Source of the DNA: Bacteriovoracia bacterium
GTDB lineage: Bacteria; Bdellovibrionota; Bacteriovoracia; Bacteriovoracales; Bacteriovoracaceae
DNA: 64,000 nucleotides
Reading direction: 5' to 3'
Assembly (NCBI GenBank): GCA_046570105.1
Contig: JBKHVI010000003.1
Coordinates: 48,807 to 112,806 of the forward strand
Part shown: positions 58,274-64,000 of the stretch, one piece after another
How the letters are laid out: each line of letters opens with the position of its first letter
Numbering within the stretch: position 1 is the stretch's first letter
Program-made: the position numbers and the translations under genes
Notes under the pieces: generated by a model
What the model saw: the letters and a program-made list of their open reading frames with translations, nothing else
Databases searched by the model: none
What the model was told of the DNA's origin: nothing

Positions 58274-58938
58274 ACTTCTCATCTTATATTGATCATACTC
58301 TTTTAAAACCCGATGCCACGCGCGCTCAAATTCATAAACTCTGCGCGGAGGCCCGCGATCACGGCTTTGCCAGCGTCTGTGTGAATCCGTTTTTCGTTCC
58401 ACAAGCCGCTAAGGAATTAAAAGATTCACAGGTAAAAGTTTGTACGGTGGTGGGTTTTCCTTTGGGTTGCACGCCCACCATGGTGAAGATCGCTGAAACC
58501 AAATGGGCACTCGAGCATGGAGCGCAAGAAGTGGATATGGTGATGAACATTGCAGCTGCCAAATCTGGTGAATGGGATGTGGTGGAAAAAGATATTCAGG
58601 CACTGGCCGAAGCCTGCCATAAATCAGGAGCGATCCTAAAAGTCATTCTCGAAACCTGTCTCTTAAATAATGAAGAGAAGATAAAGGCCTGCGAGTTGGC
58701 GTGGAAGGCGGGAGCTGATTTTGTCAAAACGTCGACCGGCTTCTCAACTGGTGGAGCAACGATTGACGATGTAAAACTCATGCGCCAAACCGTTGGTGAA
58801 AATCTAGGTGTCAAGGCCAGCGGTGGGATTAAAGATGCCGCAACTGCCGAAGCGATGATTAAGGCGGGGGCCACTCGCCTAGGCACAAGTTCGGGGGTGC
58901 AACTTGTGACTAAGGGAGTGGCGAATAGCGGTTATTGA
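58270..58938 (+). CDS. deoC: Deoxyribose-phosphate aldolase
   Basis: [47 protein letters not shown]. Confidence 0.97.
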   Translation: MNFSSYIDHTLLKPDATRAQIHKLCAEARDHGFASVCVNPFFVPQAAKELKDSQVKVCTVVGFPLGCTPTMVKIAETKWALEHGAQEVDMVMNIAAAKSGEWDVVEKDIQALAEACHKSGAILKVILETCLLNNEEKIKACELAWKAGADFVKTSTGFSTGGATIDDVKLMRQTVGENLGVKASGGIKDAATAEAMIKAGATRLGTSSGVQLVTKGVANSGY

Positions 58939-59414
58939 AGAATTGCTTTACACAGGTCAGCTGACGTTTCACTCAAAACACCACTGCGGCGATGAGTGAA
59001 AGTTTGACCACGTAAAGTCATCGTGAGTGTTTCGACGAGTGAGCGGTAACAAGTATTGTTCGATTCATCGAGGTAAGCTTCTTCGGTGTGGACCACTTCC
59101 AATAGTACTTTCTCAACACCATTGCCTCCGGCCAAAATCAATTCGGGTGAGCGCTCGTTAGTACAACGTCCTGCAGTCATACATGGTTGGCCTTCACCAA
59201 AATTACGATGTTGAAAAGTAGCCGCCCAATCAAGTGCTGGCACATCGATTTTGAGTTCTGGTCTGCTGTAGCCAAGCGCCGAACAACGAACAGTTGTTTC
59301 ATCGACTTTCACTTCAATCTCTTGAACATGACGTGAGATCTCTTTAACGATTGGTTCTTGCGCCATAGCGCTGACAGAAAGAGTGACCATAAGAGTTGCC
59401 AATAAAAATTTCAT
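58932..59414 (-). CDS. Secreted hypothetical protein (paralog 2)
   Basis: Signal peptide ending AMA; conserved Cys pattern shared with 59437-59910. Confidence 0.8.
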   Translation of the reverse strand: MKFLLATLMVTLSVSAMAQEPIVKEISRHVQEIEVKVDETTVRCSALGYSRPELKIDVPALDWAATFQHRNFGEGQPCMTAGRCTNERSPELILAGGNGVEKVLLEVVHTEEAYLDESNNTCYRSLVETLTMTLRGQTFTHRRSGVLSETSADLCKAILQ

Positions 59415-59436
59415 AAAATCTCCTTATAGATAGTTG

Positions 59437-59910
59437 TTACTTTACGATTTCCAAACAGGCCTTCGCAGAAAGACCTGGGATGAGAACTTTTTGAATACTA
59501 TTAAATGGGACGCCATTGATAACAGTGCTTAGCTCCTCCACAAGAAGGAAGTCACACACATCACGTGTTTCATCGACCCAAACTTCATGGATGCGCTGTA
59601 CTTTTAACGGAACATTTTGGGCACCATTTTGACCTGCTAGCACGGTATTTTCATTGAAATCGGCCGTACACGTACCAGCTTGCAAATTAACTTCATTGTC
59701 GAATACGTGAATGTGATTAAGTTCTCCGTTAAAACGAGCCAGGGGAACTTTGATCTTGAGTTGATCGCCTTCAAAGCGACGTACACAGCGAACGGTATCT
59801 TCGCTAACGACAATATCAACTGTGTCATGGCGCTCATAAACGACTTTCGTTAGGGGCTGCGCCAACGCAGAAACAGAGGACATGGCCAAGATAAAAGCTA
59901 AATATTTCAT
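59437..59910 (-). CDS. Secreted hypothetical protein (paralog 1)
   Basis: Signal peptide ending ALA; GAAGGAG RBS; shared Cys pattern. Confidence 0.8.
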   Translation of the reverse strand: MKYLAFILAMSSVSALAQPLTKVVYERHDTVDIVVSEDTVRCVRRFEGDQLKIKVPLARFNGELNHIHVFDNEVNLQAGTCTADFNENTVLAGQNGAQNVPLKVQRIHEVWVDETRDVCDFLLVEELSTVINGVPFNSIQKVLIPGLSAKACLEIVK

Positions 59911-60010
59911 ATAATCTCCTTCAGAGGTGTGGGTCTCACTGGAGGCATCTTGCCTTCTTGGACTAAATTGATAAAATGAATCATGATGATCGGTCTAATA
60001 AGGAAAATGA

Positions 60011-60838
60011 ATGATATCAGCTAACGATTTGACCTGGTTTCTAGAACTTGCTGAGCGCGGCCACATGACAAGAGCGTCTGAACGCTTGGGAATCAGTCAG
60101 CCGGCCTTGAGTCACTGGCTGAAAAATCTCGAGCACGAGTTGGGAAAACCTTTATTTCGTCGTAGCCGCCAAGGGATGGAACTCACCTCGTTTGGTGAAA
60201 AGCTCAAAGGTGAGGCCCAGCATTTGGTGCAATCGTGGCAAGACTTCATGCAAGCAATTGAAACCGATGACCAAGAACTACGGGCGCGTTTTCGTTTTGG
60301 CATTCACGTTTCAGTGGCGCTCTTTGCTCTTCCTTCTATCTATAAAAAGCTGGCAGTACTTGCCCCGGGAATTCGACTTAATCTGCAACATGGTCTCTCT
60401 CGCCACATCACCGAAGATCTTATTTCAAAACGCTTGGATGCAGGCCTCGTTGTTAATCCGACGGCTCATCCTGATCTCGTCATTAAGGAGCTCTACAAAG
60501 ACCAAGTTCGTACGTTTGCCTTGAAAGGAAAAGTGAAAGAGAGATTGATTGTTCATCCTGGAGTCTTTCAGAGCCAAGAATTACAACAAAGACTTAAAAA
60601 CTTTCCCGAAGAAATTGTTGAAACAGAATCATTTGAAGTCGCCGCTTATCTAGCAATGGCCGGTGAAGGCACGGCAATCCTACCTGAGCGAGTGGCACGG
60701 GTGATTTCACAAGGCAAACTTCAACCGGTGGGAGATCTCGCGGTGACTGATAAACACTGTCTCGTTTATCGGCCAACTTTGCGTGAAACGGTGGCCGGAC
60801 AAATGCTAATTCGTGCTATTAAAGAAGCGAGTTACTAA
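60011..60838 (+). CDS. LysR family transcriptional regulator
   Basis: HMTRASERLGISQPALSHWLKNLEHELGKPLF.R...GMELT.FG. Confidence 0.93.
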   Translation: MISANDLTWFLELAERGHMTRASERLGISQPALSHWLKNLEHELGKPLFRRSRQGMELTSFGEKLKGEAQHLVQSWQDFMQAIETDDQELRARFRFGIHVSVALFALPSIYKKLAVLAPGIRLNLQHGLSRHITEDLISKRLDAGLVVNPTAHPDLVIKELYKDQVRTFALKGKVKERLIVHPGVFQSQELQQRLKNFPEEIVETESFEVAAYLAMAGEGTAILPERVARVISQGKLQPVGDLAVTDKHCLVYRPTLRETVAGQMLIRAIKEASY

Positions 60839-61671
60839 TGCAACTTCTCCCTTATGCCTCACTGGCCCTCGCTCACTTATCACTTTTAATTGGGCAAAGA
60901 GTGGTGGCCCTTGTCTTAATTGCAATCTCTGTGACATTAGGATTTTCTTTGGGGCGCATTGATGTGCTGGGCTTAGTGGGACTTGCATTTTTTGCAGGTT
61001 TTTCGTACTGCTGGAAAAACTCTCGTTTACTGAAATGGCAAAATGCTCTGGCGGGAGTTTTTGTTTTTGTCATCGCGATGCTGCTCTTAAGTCATCGAGT
61101 CCCCGGTTTTAATAATTGGAAGTATCTTGATGCGTATTACTTCTCTGCAAATGCTTTGCCCTTTACGCTTTTTTTGAATCTCGATAAGCCTTTTATTTTT
61201 TCCGTGCTCTTTTTCTTTTATACACTCACCAATCAATCTGATTTGAGTTCATGGAAGGCGATACTCCGCTATACTCTTATCAGTGCAGCCATTCTTTTGG
61301 TGCCCGCACTCATCGCTCGCTACATCGCGTTTGAGCCAAAGTGGGATATGAACATCATTGTCTGGGCGTTGAATAATTTCTTCTTTGTCTGTGCGGCAGA
61401 AGAGATGCTTTTCCGTGGATTCATTCAGACTGAGTTAGAAAAACTTACTAAGAAGCCAATTGTGGCGTTGGTCATCGCTTCAGTGTTATTTGGTCTAGTG
61501 CATTTTGCGGGTGGTGTGGTTTACGTGGGACTCGCCACACTGGCGGGTTTGGTTTATGGCATTTCTTATCAAAAAACTGGACGTCTCTTTGTTCCGATGA
61601 CGGTGCACTTTCTCGTCAATCTCTTGCACATTCTCTTGTTCACCTACCCGGCGCTTAAGGGATCTCTTTAA
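60838..61671 (+). CDS. CPBP/CAAX (Abi) intramembrane glutamic endopeptidase
   Basis: AEEMLFRG, FGLVH, HFLVN motifs; multi-TM. Confidence 0.9.
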   Translation: MQLLPYASLALAHLSLLIGQRVVALVLIAISVTLGFSLGRIDVLGLVGLAFFAGFSYCWKNSRLLKWQNALAGVFVFVIAMLLLSHRVPGFNNWKYLDAYYFSANALPFTLFLNLDKPFIFSVLFFFYTLTNQSDLSSWKAILRYTLISAAILLVPALIARYIAFEPKWDMNIIVWALNNFFFVCAAEEMLFRGFIQTELEKLTKKPIVALVIASVLFGLVHFAGGVVYVGLATLAGLVYGISYQKTGRLFVPMTVHFLVNLLHILLFTYPALKGSL

Positions 61672-62731
61672 GCGCGCGGATGGCTTCAGTCATGCCGTCG
61701 TGTGGGCCCAATTGTGCGTGAGGAGCATCCTTCCACCACTGAGCTTTTATTTCCATGCCTGCATTACGAGTGGGGTGAAGTGGGTAATGAATCTGATTTT
61801 CTTTCTTACTACTCTCGCCGCCGACTAGCAGTTTACAGAGATGCTGAGTATTGTTGAGGAAGGTATGAGCAATTCCGGTTCCAGAAGGAAGTGCGACAAA
61901 ATCTCCTGGATTTAACCTATAAAGCACTCCATCCAACCAAACATCGGGATGACCTTCTAGAACAAAAGCAAATTCCTCTTCATGACTTTCAGCGTGAGGC
62001 CACGAAGTTCTACGCCCGGGATAAAGTAGTTCAATATGGATGCCAATAGCTTTTAATCCGAGCTTATGCCCAATAGGAGAACCGTGAGAAAGTAGCTCCT
62101 CGCTATTTGGATATTTTGCATCGTCTTTTCCTAAATGCTCAGACCAATGCCCAATATTAGGATGTCTGGGTGAGACTTTTTCTGAGAAGTTTTTCAACTT
62201 CGCCCACACCATGGTGTCGCGCAATTTTCCATTGTGACGAGATTCATTCGCTAGAATCGCTTCGAGCTTATAACCTAAACGTCTAGGGACATTCGCTGAG
62301 CGCACATTAAGTGGATCACAGCGAACCTCGAGGCGCTCAAAACCCATTTTGAAAAAAGCCTTCTCGATGGCCGTTATCGCCTCCGCCACATAACCATGCC
62401 CTTCCCCTCGCTTGGTCATCCAATAACCAAACTCAGCTTTGGGAATCGCCCAATTGATTGAGTGCAGACCACCGCGACCTAAGAATTTTCCTTCATGAGT
62501 GTAGAAACCGTAATCGAAAAGATCACCTGACTCCCAAGAAGAGAGACAGATTTCGAGATTGAACTTGGAATCATTTTCGCTGTTGGTTTTATCCACCCAA
62601 GGCAGCCACTGGCGCAAACGCTCACGATCTTGATCGATTTCGCGAAACATCATCGCGGCATCACTCATACGATGTTTTCGCAGAATCAAGCGCTCAGTTT
62701 TAATTTCTTCTGGCGGAGTGGGACGATTCAT
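61655..62731 (-). CDS. RimL-like GNAT acetyltransferase fused to a cupin domain
   Basis: TERLILR, EFGYW....EGHGY, N.RS..VPRRLGY; then PHAESHEEEF.FVLEG...GIAHTF.N. Confidence 0.85.
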   Translation of the reverse strand: MNRPTPPEEIKTERLILRKHRMSDAAMMFREIDQDRERLRQWLPWVDKTNSENDSKFNLEICLSSWESGDLFDYGFYTHEGKFLGRGGLHSINWAIPKAEFGYWMTKRGEGHGYVAEAITAIEKAFFKMGFERLEVRCDPLNVRSANVPRRLGYKLEAILANESRHNGKLRDTMVWAKLKNFSEKVSPRHPNIGHWSEHLGKDDAKYPNSEELLSHGSPIGHKLGLKAIGIHIELLYPGRRTSWPHAESHEEEFAFVLEGHPDVWLDGVLYRLNPGDFVALPSGTGIAHTFLNNTQHLCKLLVGGESSKKENQIHYPLHPTRNAGMEIKAQWWKDAPHAQLGPHDGMTEAIRALKEIP

Positions 62732-63951
62732 TAGATCGCCTTGAGTTTCACCAAGCGCAGCTTACCGACTTTCAAAATGACTTCCGCCCCAGGTGAGAGC
62801 ACAAAGGTTTCAGCGGCGTGGGCCTTGCCATCAATCTTGACGGCGTTTTGTTTAAGCAAGCGACGGCCTTCACCGTTGGATTCAATGAACTTCAAGTCAC
62901 GCATCAAATCTAAAAGCGCCAAGGTGCCAGCGGCCTTCTCAACAATCTCTACATCATCAAGAACTTGTTTCTTAGAAAAGCGCGCTTCAAACTTTTCACG
63001 CTCATCTTTGCCAGCGTCGGCACCGTGATAATATCCGGTGATTTCCTCAGCTAAATCTTTCTTCGTCACCATCGGATGACGAGTGCCATCCACAAGCCCT
63101 TTGATAATCGCATCGACTTCAGATGCCGGACGACGAGAAAGGAGTAGCCAGTATTTTTTCATCAGCTCATCAGATATCGACATGAGCTTACCAAACATAT
63201 CCGTCGGTGAATCCGTGAGTGCAATGTAGTTATCCATCGACTTTGACATCTTATGAACGCCATCCGTCCCTTCAATCAAGGGCATGGTGAGAATACACTG
63301 AGACTCTTGCTCGTAAGCAGACTGGAGTGTACGGCCCATCATGAGATTGAAAGTTTGGTCAGTTCCACCAAGCTCTAAGTCTGCTTTCAGATGAACTGAA
63401 TCGAAACCTTGAAGGACTGGGTACACCATCTCATGCAAATAAATTGGCTCAGAGCTGTTGTAGCGTTTATGAAAGTCTTCGCGCTGAAGAATGGCACCAG
63501 CTGTCGTTTTGGCCATGAGTTGAATCAAGTCAAGGCCTGAGAATTTTCCAAGCCAGTCACGATTAAAGACGACATGAGTTTTACTCATATCAAGAATCTT
63601 ACCAACCTGCTCTTTGTAGGTGGCAGCGTTTTGACGAACATCTTCTTCGGTTAAAATAGGACGTGTTTTATTTTTGCCAGAAGGATCACCGATCTGGGCG
63701 GTGTAATCACCAATCAAGAAATAGATCTCGTGACCAAAATCCTGCAGGAGACGCAATTTTTGTAACACGACCGTATGACCTAAATGAATGTCTGGACGTG
63801 AAGGGTCAGCACCGAATTTAATTTTGAGTGGTTTCTGTTTTTCGTAACTCTTTTTGAGTTTTTTAAGGAAATCTTCTTCGGGGAGAATTTCATGAACTCC
63901 ACGACGAATTTCGCGGAGCTGGTCTTCAGGTAATACAGTAATTTTTGTCAT
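62731..63951 (-). CDS. tyrS: Tyrosine--tRNA ligase
   Basis: [38 protein letters not shown]-terminal S4-like domain. Confidence 0.98.
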   Translation of the reverse strand: MTKITVLPEDQLREIRRGVHEILPEEDFLKKLKKSYEKQKPLKIKFGADPSRPDIHLGHTVVLQKLRLLQDFGHEIYFLIGDYTAQIGDPSGKNKTRPILTEEDVRQNAATYKEQVGKILDMSKTHVVFNRDWLGKFSGLDLIQLMAKTTAGAILQREDFHKRYNSSEPIYLHEMVYPVLQGFDSVHLKADLELGGTDQTFNLMMGRTLQSAYEQESQCILTMPLIEGTDGVHKMSKSMDNYIALTDSPTDMFGKLMSISDELMKKYWLLLSRRPASEVDAIIKGLVDGTRHPMVTKKDLAEEITGYYHGADAGKDEREKFEARFSKKQVLDDVEIVEKAAGTLALLDLMRDLKFIESNGEGRRLLKQNAVKIDGKAHAAETFVLSPGAEVILKVGKLRLVKLKAI

Positions 63952-64000
63952 GGCCCATGTTACTTGAAGGAGCGCTTTTCTTCTACCTTGAAAAGAGCAT

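Noticed and set aside
1..64000. CRISPR array, rRNA, prophage or integrase
   Set aside because: No regularly spaced repeats, rRNA-like stretch, or cas, phage or integrase ORFs were seen.

Overview
This is a gene-dense, mostly chromosomal window with about 55 CDS and one tRNA-Leu(TAG). The gene content suggests a predatory Bdellovibrionota (Bacteriovoracaceae-like) genome: many secreted hydrolases, Cys-rich orphan secreted proteins, HD-GYP proteins, and sigma28/sigma54-type promoters. That taxonomy is inference only. Recognisable genes are an oligopeptide ABC transporter, gshA, a cystathionine lyase, feoAB, ushA, rpiB, ahcY, deoC and tyrS. The strongest sequence-level result is a complete 1,041-bp IS1-like insertion sequence at 27775-28815. 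It has a perfect 9-bp target duplication, atypical hairpin-forming TAAAC termini and a D-D-N transposase, and it landed in the overlap of two convergent genes while supplying stop codons to both. Other candidate systems: (i) a PhaR-like regulator / beta-barrel / complementary Get3-ArsA-like ATPase pair / GshA / cystathionine lyase operon, with a structured leader and a terminator hidden in a signal-peptide coding region; (ii) a coupled aminopeptidase / Suv3-like helicase / DUF455 di-iron / ATP-grasp operon; (iii) sigma28-type promoters on both HD-GYP genes; (iv) a palindromic operator over a probably leaderless feoAB promoter. All product calls come from motif recognition by eye; no database searches were run.
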